From a phage: a stretch of 64,000 nucleotides of DNA. The first letter of the stretch is position 1; each line of letters opens with the position of its first letter. The position numbers were made by a program, and so were the translations under genes. Positions 1-9,884 of this stretch are shown piece by piece. The notes beneath the pieces are model-generated. The model searched no databases. It saw nothing but the letters and a program-made list of their open reading frames with translations, and was not told the origin of the DNA. The DNA is taken from NCBI GenBank assembly GCA_033648345.1, contig GCA_033648345.1_4121.1; one strand, given 5' to 3'.

Positions 1-794
1 GATGCTGCTGTGCTGCCTGGAGTTTTATTTGAATAAATTGAAATATACAAATTATCAGGTGTTTGGTTATGTTCAGACGCGGGGATAGTAATGGTGTATT
101 CATCACTAGATACTACCCAATCCGCTTGGTTAATTAATTTACTATAAGGTACTGTCATTGTTGTTGCTCCTATGATGTTGACTTTGACACTTGTATAATC
201 AGTGATTTGACCAATAACACCAATCGTAATGTCACCAATACCACTCACAGTGACGTTAGTTTGGAATACAGTGTCAAGTGGGATGTTACCAGGATCACCC
301 TGTAGCTGAACCATAATATCTGGCCCACGACCATGTACTGATTCAGGTAAAGAATAAGTATATTGATCTGTTGTTCCAGGAACTAATGTAAATGCCGATA
401 CAGGAACGATTTCAGTAGTAACGTAAGAACTATCAGTACCTGGAGTTGTGCTTTGGAGAGGCTTCCAAACACCAAGGTCTTTAATATAGATCTGAATAAT
501 ATTAGTACTGTCAACTAAGAAGTAAGCGTCACCATCTACACCGATTGATTCAGATGGTGCAATAGTTCCACGTAAAATACCGGAACCGCCACCACCACCG
601 CTATGTGTATTCAAATAACCCAATGTAACCAAGTGTGTATTTGCGGTTGGGTCACCTGCTGAAACAGGAAGAAGTTGTGTACCCGTGTAGTTCTGGATTT
701 GAACAACATTACCATTAGTGGCAATTTGTGCACCATTTTTACCAAGTATGAAGGTCTTCTTCATGGTTCCTTCTAAATTAGAAAAAACTGCCAT
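1..794 (-). CDS. Tail fiber protein, 5' partial in window (C-terminus lies beyond position 1)
   Basis: ATG at 794 (reverse strand) preceded by AAGGAG; frame open to the window edge; N-terminus MAVFSNLEGTMKKTFILGKNGAQI nearly identical to the N-terminus of the next gene; poly-Gly linker GGGGGSG typical of fibers. Confidence 0.6.
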   Translation of the reverse strand, partial: MAVFSNLEGTMKKTFILGKNGAQIATNGNVVQIQNYTGTQLLPVSAGDPTANTHLVTLGYLNTHSGGGGGSGILRGTIAPSESIGVDGDAYFLVDSTNIIQIYIKDLGVWKPLQSTTPGTDSSYVTTEIVPVSAFTLVPGTTDQYTYSLPESVHGRGPDIMVQLQGDPGNIPLDTVFQTNVTVSGIGDITIGVIGQITDYTSVKVNIIGATTMTVPYSKLINQADWVVSSDEYTITIPASEHNQTPDNLYISIYSNKTPGSTAA

Positions 795-808
795 TTTTAT
801 AATCTCCT

Positions 809-2950
809 TTAAGATAGGGTGATATATGTTATTGGTTGAGCAGCTTTCAATAATGCCCCTGCTGCGGTAGCAGTAACAATCGGATCGGCAATATCGATAC
901 GATACGCATTATTAACAACATAAACTGCTCTAGTGATATATGTTTTTAAATCTTCGCCATTTTCCCCTGCTCCTGTGATTAGGATTTCGGTTCCAGCAGC
1001 TTTAGCATATTGATTATCACCCCATGATACACCCAATGCTTCGATATAAGTTTGTCCTGCAACTGTTTGTCTAATTGTGTCATATCGACCAAAGAAAGAA
1101 CCACCTACTGTAACAATAAATTTTCCACCTGATTGTTTATGGATAATTGTTCCTGCTGGGAAATATCTCCCACCAGGAAAAACATCATAAGGCACGTAAT
1201 ACTGTTCAACTACAGGTATTACTACAGGTCCACGATGACCCGTTCCATCAATTGCAGTGGTTACTTTAAAGTTATTAGATGATTGGTCAATACGGTCAAC
1301 ATACATTCTTGAGAAACTATATTTTGATATGTTACAATCATCTTGAACAACACAATTAGTCCAGTTGGTATATGTATATTTAGAGCGAGTATATAAGCCC
1401 CCTCCTTCACCTTCAGTTGCAAGGTGTTGTCCAATAACATCAAGTTCTTTAGTACTGATATTATTAAACTTGGAAGATGACGGCAATCCACGCCATTGAA
1501 TTCTACTACATGTAATATTAGAAAGTTCAGTAGTATTTAGCCAATTATCAGAGCCTGAAGTATACACAATAATAGACGACTCAGGAATGTGGAGATTACA
1601 TAATTTAAAGTTTCGTGGAGGACCAGCAAATTTACCAGATGTTACGCCCCAGTTAATAGAAACCATACGGTTAGTTACTGATGGATCATTTAATAGATGC
1701 CCAGATAGGCCATCAATAATAAAATCAACAGAACCATAAGTAATTACACCAGCGGTTGTCAAACCAGTACCAATTGATACCAACGTTGATGGATAAACTT
1801 CATTATTGAGAATTTTAAAGTCTTTACCCAACTCAACGTGAATACATTGACGGACATTGTACAAGCGGTTATTTTTTATAACGAATTTTTTTACATATTG
1901 TGAATCATCAGCATTCACATCATAAGGACCAGAACCTGCAACACCGATACCAATACCCCAGTTTGAAAGAGGAATTGGTGCATTTGTACCATCTACGTTT
2001 TCAATCAAGTTACCTTCTATTACAAATCCGTCTGGGTAATGTGAGTTGACTACGTTCAATTCAATTGCATCACCATATATATCATGGATGTGGTTGTATG
2101 AATAACGCCCAACGGTCATTTTCTCACCAGTGCCTTGCTGAAGAACACCGTACTTACATTGTGTCATTTCATTAAAGCAGAAGTCGATAGTACCTGATTC
2201 AGTCATACCTTGCATTAGAAATGCAGCAGTACTTGTAATATTAATAAATTTATTAAAATAAAATTTACCATTACCACCAAAGAATTTTAAATAACATCCT
2301 GTTAATGTTGCTTGTTGGATTGTACTATTCAGTACCGATACCATTGTGCCACCGTTACCAGTGATTGTACCACCAAACCATTGAATATCATTCAAATAAA
2401 CAGCAGTTCTGATACGATAATTACCACCAGCTTGAATTTGGATTTTGTGTTCTTTAGCATAAACTGCACATGCGTTAACCGCCGCCGTGTCATCAGTGAT
2501 GCCATCACCTTTTGCACCAAACTCTTCTGGAGTTATGTAAAACTGTGCCTGTTGAAGTGTTCCTCCAGTAATAAGTCCGATATAATCAGCACCGTTAACA
2601 CTGGAAAGGACATTTTTATTAATGTATAATGATTTTACCCAAACATCATTTGTTTTTGCAAAGATATCAACAATACCCTCAGAATCAACTTGAAAATAAG
2701 TGTTGTTATTTTTACCAATGTCATTTGTTGGTGGAAGTACGCCAAATAAAGCATTTGGGTTATCTTCAAGATACCTAACGTTTACTGCGGAATCATCGTC
2801 ATTAGGAGTTCCCACCTTAACAGGTAGGAACGTTTCGCCTAAAAAGTCTTTGATTGCGACAGAATCGTTTACAAAATTAATAGAAGCACCACGTTTACCC
2901 AACTTGAATGTTGGCATCATGGTCCCTTCTAAATTGGAAAAAACTGCCAT
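809..2950 (-). CDS. Tailspike / tail fiber with pectate-lyase-like beta-helix (putative polysaccharide depolymerase)
   Basis: 713 aa; FGAKGDGITDDTAAV motif typical of the pectate lyase superfamily; shares the N-terminal module with the upstream fiber; GAGGG RBS. Confidence 0.7.
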   Translation of the reverse strand: MAVFSNLEGTMMPTFKLGKRGASINFVNDSVAIKDFLGETFLPVKVGTPNDDDSAVNVRYLEDNPNALFGVLPPTNDIGKNNNTYFQVDSEGIVDIFAKTNDVWVKSLYINKNVLSSVNGADYIGLITGGTLQQAQFYITPEEFGAKGDGITDDTAAVNACAVYAKEHKIQIQAGGNYRIRTAVYLNDIQWFGGTITGNGGTMVSVLNSTIQQATLTGCYLKFFGGNGKFYFNKFINITSTAAFLMQGMTESGTIDFCFNEMTQCKYGVLQQGTGEKMTVGRYSYNHIHDIYGDAIELNVVNSHYPDGFVIEGNLIENVDGTNAPIPLSNWGIGIGVAGSGPYDVNADDSQYVKKFVIKNNRLYNVRQCIHVELGKDFKILNNEVYPSTLVSIGTGLTTAGVITYGSVDFIIDGLSGHLLNDPSVTNRMVSINWGVTSGKFAGPPRNFKLCNLHIPESSIIVYTSGSDNWLNTTELSNITCSRIQWRGLPSSSKFNNISTKELDVIGQHLATEGEGGGLYTRSKYTYTNWTNCVVQDDCNISKYSFSRMYVDRIDQSSNNFKVTTAIDGTGHRGPVVIPVVEQYYVPYDVFPGGRYFPAGTIIHKQSGGKFIVTVGGSFFGRYDTIRQTVAGQTYIEALGVSWGDNQYAKAAGTEILITGAGENGEDLKTYITRAVYVVNNAYRIDIADPIVTATAAGALLKAAQPITYITLS

Positions 2951-2964
2951 TTATCAACCCTCTT

Positions 2965-4092
2965 TTAAATGTTATCTTGAATAGGCTGAATAGGTGCTTG
3001 CCATGATAAAGTACAAACGATCTTCATTTCACCAAATGAACTGTTGTTTACGGAATCATTGAATACACAAGAAATGATTTCATCTTTACTTGATACTTCG
3101 TGGTTGGTTTCGTTAACAATGTAACGCATTTTGCGGTTGATATCGAAATAATCAACAGGTGCAATTACAGTACCACCAATATCTTCTTGTGCTTCACCAC
3201 CGAAACGTACAAACATTTCATTTACTGGTTCATCATATGCTTGGTTAATATCAACTTCGATATTAGTTACTAGGTATCCAGCAGGGCATGTACCAATAAC
3301 TAACAATGCGTTAGTCCATGAATGATCAATAGTGTTGATGATAACAACTGTATCTTTACCTGGTTCACCCTGAATACCTTGTTCACCTTGCTTACCTTCT
3401 TCACCGTCTTTTCCACGGAATAAGATACCAGCACTCCACTCTTTAGTTGGGGTTGATGATGTAGTTACGATATCGACATAATACAAATTACCATCTGTCG
3501 TGTTATAGAAGCAATAATCTTGTGGTAGATTATCAATGCTTGGGAATTGACTACCAGTACTATCAATATGGAAACGACCACGTAGACCTTGTTCACCACG
3601 GAAAGGAATACCATCACTCCATGTTGCAGTTACGCTTTGATAGAAATATAATTTACCATCTTCAGTATTATAGAATGTGTAATTATTGAAAAGACCAGTT
3701 GTTGGAAACACCGTACCAGAACTGTCAATGTGGAATGGTTTACCAGTTTCACCAGTATCACCTTTACCAAACTCTACACGGTTCCAAGTACTAATTGCTT
3801 CTTGTGCATCGTTTGATTTAAAATATAAAGTACTAGTGCCATTTGCAAGACTAAGATAACACCACCCTAGTTCTTCACCAACACGGAAGAGTTCATTAGG
3901 AACTTCAAAACCTATCTCATTTGGATAAAAGTTTCTACCGTTAGCACCATTTTGTCCAACCACTAGACCTAGGTCTTGGATTGTATTGTCGGAATAGGTT
4001 ACAATTAAATGTCCAGCAGCGTTAATAACTAAACTTTTGATGCCAGAATTATTACATGAACCACCTGACCCATTGTTGAATGAAATTGTCAT
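2965..4092 (-). CDS. Tail fiber protein with collagen-like G-X-Y repeats
   Basis: Track ORF starts at TTG 4128; ATG at 4092 has AAGGGAAA RBS; collagen-like stretches (GEQGLRG, GKDGEEGKQGEQGIQGEPGKD) and internal repeat FYNTEDGKLYF / FYNTTDGNLYY. Confidence 0.6.
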   Translation of the reverse strand: MTISFNNGSGGSCNNSGIKSLVINAAGHLIVTYSDNTIQDLGLVVGQNGANGRNFYPNEIGFEVPNELFRVGEELGWCYLSLANGTSTLYFKSNDAQEAISTWNRVEFGKGDTGETGKPFHIDSSGTVFPTTGLFNNYTFYNTEDGKLYFYQSVTATWSDGIPFRGEQGLRGRFHIDSTGSQFPSIDNLPQDYCFYNTTDGNLYYVDIVTTSSTPTKEWSAGILFRGKDGEEGKQGEQGIQGEPGKDTVVIINTIDHSWTNALLVIGTCPAGYLVTNIEVDINQAYDEPVNEMFVRFGGEAQEDIGGTVIAPVDYFDINRKMRYIVNETNHEVSSKDEIISCVFNDSVNNSSFGEMKIVCTLSWQAPIQPIQDNI

Positions 4093-4201
4093 AATATTTC
4101 CCTTGTATGAGTTAATGTCATATACCAATATTTATCAGTACAAAATACATTTCGTTGCCATTAATAAATAAATGAAAGTTCACTACTAAAAGGGCTTAAC
4201 A

Positions 4202-4699
4202 ATGGCATTAAGATCAAAAGACTTCCTCTTCAAAAGAAAAACTAAAGATGGTTCATGGCAAGAATTTCCTGAATCAGATAGCTGGTATCCTGCTAACTTA
4301 GATTATCATTGGAACGAACAAACATTACCATTAGCTAGTGGCGGCTATTATGGTAGTACTACAGGATTACATACAATATCCTTTACCCTACGTAACTTCA
4401 TTGGTAGAATTTACGTACTCGCTACACTGGCAAGTAATCCATCTGACGATGATTGGTTCCCAATTAAATTTACCGAAAGCTGCAACTTCTATCTTGAATT
4501 TACTGATAATGTCATTCTTAACCCAAATGGCGGCGACCTTATTAGAGAACAAGGTACAACTGGTACATTCGCTGAAACCTTAACCGGAAACTTTACCTAT
4601 CTGAAAGTTGGTATTGACCGTGATTACATTAGCAAGTATCCATCTGATGTACAAAAAAGTTTAGCTGGTAAGTTAGAACAAATTTTAATTAACTACTAA
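4202..4699 (+). CDS. Hypothetical protein
   Basis: 165-aa ORF with AAAGGG RBS; no recognisable motif. Confidence 0.5.
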   Translation: MALRSKDFLFKRKTKDGSWQEFPESDSWYPANLDYHWNEQTLPLASGGYYGSTTGLHTISFTLRNFIGRIYVLATLASNPSDDDWFPIKFTESCNFYLEFTDNVILNPNGGDLIREQGTTGTFAETLTGNFTYLKVGIDRDYISKYPSDVQKSLAGKLEQILINY

Positions 4700-4708
4700 G
4701 GATTAGAA

Positions 4709-5317
4709 ATGAAATTAGAAACAGAACAACCAAAACTATTTGTTAAGGGTCATGTACTAATTACTGACGTTACTGATCCATCTAACCAAAAAATCGTTTT
4801 GGATAAATCAAACGCAATTCACCCTGAAAATATGAGTACTGCTATTGCTAATGCGTTGGCTTATAATCAAGATAGTACTGGTATTCCTATTGGATCTATT
4901 AGTGAGATGCGTTTTGGTAATGGTGGAACAGTAGTTTTGAGTACTGGTCGTATCACATACAAGAAACCACGCGTTACTTCTTTCGGTGGTCTATATTCTC
5001 AGACTTATCTGAAAAAAATCAACCCACGTATCTCTGCTGGTATTGATTCACAATATAACAACATTACAACTGTTCACATTCCAGGCCAAGCTTACACTGA
5101 TATCGTCTGTATTTGTACATTAGGTTTAGGTGAGCCATCTGACCAAGGTGTTAGCTCTGGTACTAGCATGGATGGGACATATGTATTTGACGAATTGGGT
5201 TTATATACAAATGGTGATAGCGGTATTCCACTTACCCATATTATTTTTCACCCAGTTGAGAAAAGTGCTAACCGTGTTTTGCAAATCAAATACACAGTTC
5301 GTGTCCAACTACAATAA
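4709..5317 (+). CDS. Hypothetical protein
   Basis: 202-aa ORF with AAGGA RBS; tightly packed with neighbours. Confidence 0.5.
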   Translation: MKLETEQPKLFVKGHVLITDVTDPSNQKIVLDKSNAIHPENMSTAIANALAYNQDSTGIPIGSISEMRFGNGGTVVLSTGRITYKKPRVTSFGGLYSQTYLKKINPRISAGIDSQYNNITTVHIPGQAYTDIVCICTLGLGEPSDQGVSSGTSMDGTYVFDELGLYTNGDSGIPLTHIIFHPVEKSANRVLQIKYTVRVQLQ

Positions 5318-5329
5318 TAAGGTGATGAT

Positions 5330-6430
5330 ATGAGTGTAAGTTATACAATTTATAGAAGTAATGGTAGCGTTTATGCTACCATCCCAAATAACGTAATATT
5401 AGGACCAAACCAACCTGGTAGTAACCCAGTACCGTTAAACTTTGCAGGTCGAAATAAAGTTGGTTACGGTCAAGCATGGAACGAAAACTTCCTCCACTTG
5501 GTTGAGAACTTCAGTGGGGCTACTGCACCTCGTGGTAACGTTAATGGTCAGATTTGGTACAGAAATACTGGCAACACTGGCGAACTACTTCTTGCATTAG
5601 TTGATAATGCTCGTCAACCAGTAGATACTGCATCTGAAGCTGACTGGGCATCTATCCCAATGATTTCAATTTTCAACACAGTACCAGATGGTGAAAATAG
5701 TATTATGGGTCGTATGGTTCTTACCAGTAATGGTGATTCCCTTCGTGTCCTAATGAAAAATAAAGAATGGCGTGAAATTCAAACATCTCGTCCAGAAAAT
5801 AAAGAGTACTCCACACTACTTGATATCAACTATGATACAGGTAAGAAATATATTGAATTTACACAAAGTAACAGTACTAAGCCATTAGCGTACTTCAATA
5901 TGGGTGGTACTTCACAGGTTGATTCAAATAACTGGACAACATTCACAAATGGTACTGGTGTGTTTGAATTTGGTAGTAACTATTTTTATGAATTGAAAAT
6001 TATGATTCGTGAAGTTAGTGATTCATCAGGTGAAATTGTTTCTCTTCCGTATAATTCAAAAACATTTTTCATTAAAGGTCAGTTCTATGTTGATAACCAA
6101 GGTACATTTGTTCCCGGTTCAATTGGTGCAAGTCAGATTCCAGACCCACGTCGCATAACACAACTAGAATCAATCAAGGATGTAATTACAAGTAGTCGCC
6201 CTAATTGGGATGTATCTATGGTAATTAATGGTGTTGACCCAACTCTCCCAAATCCGAATGGTATTACAAAAGCGGATTACGAAAACTGGGTGGTTAACTC
6301 TCTTAACTCTAATAAAAACTTAGGGTTCCGCGTCGATGGTATAGTAAACAACCTTTCGGCAGGTGAGTCGGTTAAGCTTCAAGCATCTGTTCTACTTAAT
6401 ATAACAGGTATCCCACTAATTGGGGTATAA
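5330..6430 (+). CDS. Hypothetical protein (possibly structural / fiber-associated by context)
   Basis: 366-aa ORF with AAGGTGA RBS; followed by a terminator hairpin. Confidence 0.5.
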   Translation: MSVSYTIYRSNGSVYATIPNNVILGPNQPGSNPVPLNFAGRNKVGYGQAWNENFLHLVENFSGATAPRGNVNGQIWYRNTGNTGELLLALVDNARQPVDTASEADWASIPMISIFNTVPDGENSIMGRMVLTSNGDSLRVLMKNKEWREIQTSRPENKEYSTLLDINYDTGKKYIEFTQSNSTKPLAYFNMGGTSQVDSNNWTTFTNGTGVFEFGSNYFYELKIMIREVSDSSGEIVSLPYNSKTFFIKGQFYVDNQGTFVPGSIGASQIPDPRRITQLESIKDVITSSRPNWDVSMVINGVDPTLPNPNGITKADYENWVVNSLNSNKNLGFRVDGIVNNLSAGESVKLQASVLLNITGIPLIGV

Positions 6431-6462
6431 AAAGAAAAAAGGAGCCAATGGCTCCTTTTTTA
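6431..6462. terminator. Bidirectional intrinsic terminator between convergent genes
   Basis: A-run, hairpin GGAGCC-AAT-GGCTCC (6441-6455), T-run. Confidence 0.6.
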
Positions 6463-6927
6463 TTAATATCGATATGGTAAGCTGTTGACAAACTGTGTAC
6501 CTTGTCGTATACTTTCCCACAATGAATAGAAATCCTTCATTAAATTTGTGTTGAGTAATGTGTTTTTTGCACCAGGATGTAATGGTTTGGGCCATGAGCC
6601 AATCTTAACCCATGCATAACCAGAACTCTCATGATTTAAAGTAGGTACGAATTCATTTTCAACTACAATGACAAATGAATAATATTTAAATTTACCATTC
6701 TTCGTACAAAATACATCAAATGGTATAATATCTATTATCGTTGGAATAGAATCACCTAGCTCTTCTTTAATCTCACGCATAAGACCCTGTAACGGAGTTT
6801 CATTATACTCAAGCTTCCCACCAACAAATGCCCAGTTGTTAGAATACGTACTTCTTTCTGATCTCAAGTTTAACATCATGTGTCCAGTACTTTTAGATAA
6901 AAATATAGCACCTACTGCTTCATTCAT
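6463..6927 (-). CDS. Nudix hydrolase
   Basis: Complete Nudix box GGKLEYNETPLQGLMREIKEELG (GX5EX7REUXEEXGU); strong AAGGAGGTG RBS. Confidence 0.8.
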   Translation of the reverse strand: MNEAVGAIFLSKSTGHMMLNLRSERSTYSNNWAFVGGKLEYNETPLQGLMREIKEELGDSIPTIIDIIPFDVFCTKNGKFKYYSFVIVVENEFVPTLNHESSGYAWVKIGSWPKPLHPGAKNTLLNTNLMKDFYSLWESIRQGTQFVNSLPYRY

Positions 6928-6939
6928 AACAACACCTCC

Positions 6940-8283
6940 TTATTTGTCAGTGAAAGTTATTTTCCAATATCCCTGACGATATACTGACATAATACTCTTA
7001 TGCCATTTGAATTTGTCATTATATCTATAATATCCACTATCTTCCATATTATAAACATAGTTGTGTACTCGCGATGGCTCAATAAGTTCTGCTCCATCAT
7101 TGGTAATTTTAAACAAATAGTTCGCTGGGATTTCAGTCTCTTTGTAAATGATGTTATGTATGCTATTATTTACATAATATTGTTCAGGTAGTGCGTTATA
7201 TAATAAAGAGTCTTTACTAATGAATCCATGTATTGTATAATCAACAGTATAATTACTATTATCAAGCTGAACTACAATCTTGTTAGAATCAGCCCCTTCC
7301 CCAAATGAAGAGATATGTCCTTTTAGTGGGTTATCCTCTTCTATAGCTTGTTGGAATTTAATACCTACAGTCTTGTCTTCATATTCTGGGTCCAAGTACT
7401 TAAGGTATTTTTCCCATGAATAAATCCCACCATTTGGTGATGTTTCCGATAGTGATTGACTAACAAGAGTGAGTTGGTAAGTATCTGGAATATTAAGTTC
7501 AGAGTTTGTTATTTCATCAACTTTAATACATAAGTTCTTTGGTGTGAATACATCAGTAATGATATCCGAGTAATTACCAATTTCAAAATCAAGTTCATCA
7601 CGAGCACCTTTAATATTGGTGGTGATTTGTTGGATAAGTTTTGGTTTCTCAACAATAGCTGGCAAAGAGAACCAAATTGTGGTTTCAAATGTCAATACCA
7701 TTATATCCAAATCACTATCGGTTCCTTGTGGGAAACCACGAGTAGTAAATTGACAGTCAATCAACTCCACATCACTCAATGATGTCCAATCCAATGGGTT
7801 CTCGGAGAGTTGTAGTTGAATACTAGGAGCAAACAATGTTGAAATTTGCTCAAATAGTTCCATTTTAGTTTGTGTTTGTGTAACCCAAATATTAACATCA
7901 AACGTAAATGTCCAAGGTACTGGGTTATGACGAGTTACTTTATACTGTTTATCTAAGTCTTTAGTATATTCGTTAATTCCAGGGGACTTGTTAGTCCCCA
8001 TAACTAATGTTTCATTTGCGTTTGAACGAACTGACTTGCGATCTAGTTTAAGTTGGTTTACACTAATGGTCATGATTGGTGCTGTTGGAAGCACGTTCTC
8101 ACTGTTACCATTAATAATTGCGGCTGCCATACGTGAAATATCTGCATAGCGGCAAGGAACTTTCTTATATTTTGGTTTTCCGTCAGCATCAACACCATTT
8201 TGTACTTGAAATTCACCAAACACTCTGATAAGATGTTTCAGTACTCGACGAAATTGACCATCATAATAATAATCTATTTTCAT
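6940..8283 (-). CDS. Hypothetical protein
   Basis: 447-aa ORF; ATG at 8283 overlaps the stop of the upstream gene; AAGGA RBS. Confidence 0.5.
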   Translation of the reverse strand: MKIDYYYDGQFRRVLKHLIRVFGEFQVQNGVDADGKPKYKKVPCRYADISRMAAAIINGNSENVLPTAPIMTISVNQLKLDRKSVRSNANETLVMGTNKSPGINEYTKDLDKQYKVTRHNPVPWTFTFDVNIWVTQTQTKMELFEQISTLFAPSIQLQLSENPLDWTSLSDVELIDCQFTTRGFPQGTDSDLDIMVLTFETTIWFSLPAIVEKPKLIQQITTNIKGARDELDFEIGNYSDIITDVFTPKNLCIKVDEITNSELNIPDTYQLTLVSQSLSETSPNGGIYSWEKYLKYLDPEYEDKTVGIKFQQAIEEDNPLKGHISSFGEGADSNKIVVQLDNSNYTVDYTIHGFISKDSLLYNALPEQYYVNNSIHNIIYKETEIPANYLFKITNDGAELIEPSRVHNYVYNMEDSGYYRYNDKFKWHKSIMSVYRQGYWKITFTDK

Positions 8284-9776
8284 TCTGAATCCTTATGTAT
8301 ACGATACGCTGTATTAGGTTTAACTGCATCATGTAATGGTACACGGTTCGGGCTATTAACAAATTCTGTTAGAGCAAGATCTGCACCTTCCCACGGTTTT
8401 CTACCACCGTAATCGAAAATCACCCAAGAATTCTTGGACGCACTGTATTCCCATAGGGTTACTGGTGTATAATCGGTACGATAGTAGTAATCACCATCAA
8501 CTGCATCACTTGGGAACATATTACCTTCAGGAACTGTACCTCGTGCTGGAGGAATCTTAGGACGATAATCTTGTTGTGAATCGATATTTCCATAAACACT
8601 ATTAGAAGTGAATGGGTCATTAACGTAAGTTACTTCTGGTTCTCCCCATTTACCATTTAAGTACTGATAAATGTGTGGTTCTTTGTATTCAATATAAAAA
8701 TCATCAACCCCTTGTGGTGGTGTGCTTTCTGTAGTATACTCAACATCACAATTTAGCCACTTTTTGGCAGATTTATCGTATTGATACAATGAGAAGCCAG
8801 TGACATCAGCCTCGTTTTCTTTAAAGAAGAAGTCACCATCCATCGGTTTGCGAGGAAAGATTGTTCCACGCTTGACTTCTACAGAAATCCATGTATCATT
8901 AGATAGTTCTTTCAGTACTGGGTAAGTTTTCTTGAGGAAATACATTTTATTTGCTGGTTCCTCTGGTAATTCGTATCCATTTAGCATATACTTAGACAAA
9001 TCAACAGTATCTGGTCTGTCATCGAACAAGTGTTCGTTAGTAAAATGAATGTATGGTACTTCATCATCAGCTTGCATAATGATACGGTTCATAATATCCA
9101 TTTCATTACCATAGCTGCTGTTCTCTGAAGAGCCATCATCAGTATTACCATTGCCGTTGTTTGGATCATCTGGGTCATCAGGGTAGTTATTGTTACCTAG
9201 AAGGTCAGAGTACTCTGGTGAATCAGTAAGAGGTTTAACACGGAGTTTGTAAATGTGATGTTGCCATGTAACTGAGTAACCTTCTGACGTTCTAAACCCA
9301 TCTTGTACTACATAGAAGCGGTTTAAACCAGAATCTTTACCAAGTACATCAAAATCACGTAAGTTAGGAAGTTCGATTACGTCACCTGGCATAATTTTTC
9401 TTCCCAAACGCTGAATCATTGTGTTATAATGAATTGTGATGTCCATAGTGTTAAAGTTGAAGAACAATCCTGGGATTTTCAAGTCAGGAGTTGCTTCTTG
9501 GACTTGGTAGACGCAACTTAAGGTGATAGCTTCGAGATTATAGTTACGACTTGGAGTGTCACCAAAAATTAAATCACCAATGCTTGACACAACGGTACTA
9601 TCTGATCCATAATAATCACCGCCGTATGATAAATCAGTGTTATCAGCGACTTGTTTTGGTCCGACATAGGCATAAAGCCACATGTCAACACCACCGATGT
9701 TGTATTGTTCTGCTATGGCAGAGTCAATGAACTTGTAATCATTGGTTCTACCTTTTTTCCACATTCTATATGCCAT
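8280..9776 (-). CDS. Hypothetical protein
   Basis: Track start 9788 is TTG; ATG at 9776 preceded by GGAGAC; 498 aa. Confidence 0.5.
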   Translation of the reverse strand: MAYRMWKKGRTNDYKFIDSAIAEQYNIGGVDMWLYAYVGPKQVADNTDLSYGGDYYGSDSTVVSSIGDLIFGDTPSRNYNLEAITLSCVYQVQEATPDLKIPGLFFNFNTMDITIHYNTMIQRLGRKIMPGDVIELPNLRDFDVLGKDSGLNRFYVVQDGFRTSEGYSVTWQHHIYKLRVKPLTDSPEYSDLLGNNNYPDDPDDPNNGNGNTDDGSSENSSYGNEMDIMNRIIMQADDEVPYIHFTNEHLFDDRPDTVDLSKYMLNGYELPEEPANKMYFLKKTYPVLKELSNDTWISVEVKRGTIFPRKPMDGDFFFKENEADVTGFSLYQYDKSAKKWLNCDVEYTTESTPPQGVDDFYIEYKEPHIYQYLNGKWGEPEVTYVNDPFTSNSVYGNIDSQQDYRPKIPPARGTVPEGNMFPSDAVDGDYYYRTDYTPVTLWEYSASKNSWVIFDYGGRKPWEGADLALTEFVNSPNRVPLHDAVKPNTAYRIHKDSE

Positions 9777-9818
9777 GTTTGTCTCCAAAATAAATCGGGT
9801 ATATCTTTATTTACCTTG

Positions 9819-9846
9819 TTGACAAACGCAAAGAATGTGATATAAT
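9819..9846 (+). promoter_or_regulatory. Sigma70-type promoter for the ClpA-like gene
   Basis: TTGACA (9819-9824), 16-nt spacer ending TGa, TATAAT (9841-9846). Confidence 0.6.
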
Positions 9847-9884
9847 GTTTATTAATTAGAGTGACTACTCATTTAGGAGAATAC

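Noticed and set aside
1261-1491. Short ORFs nested in or antisense to long genes (1261..1491, 2312..2629, 2700..2984, 4338..4583, 5130..5333, 7000..7191, 10577..10837, 11693..12133, the many 60-100 aa ORFs inside 12207..25720, 38626..39048, 41274..41556, 44026..44501, 49698..50066, 61305..61610 and others)
   Set aside because: All lie wholly within, or antisense to, longer ORFs with clear homology or RBS support; typical six-frame artefacts in AT-rich DNA
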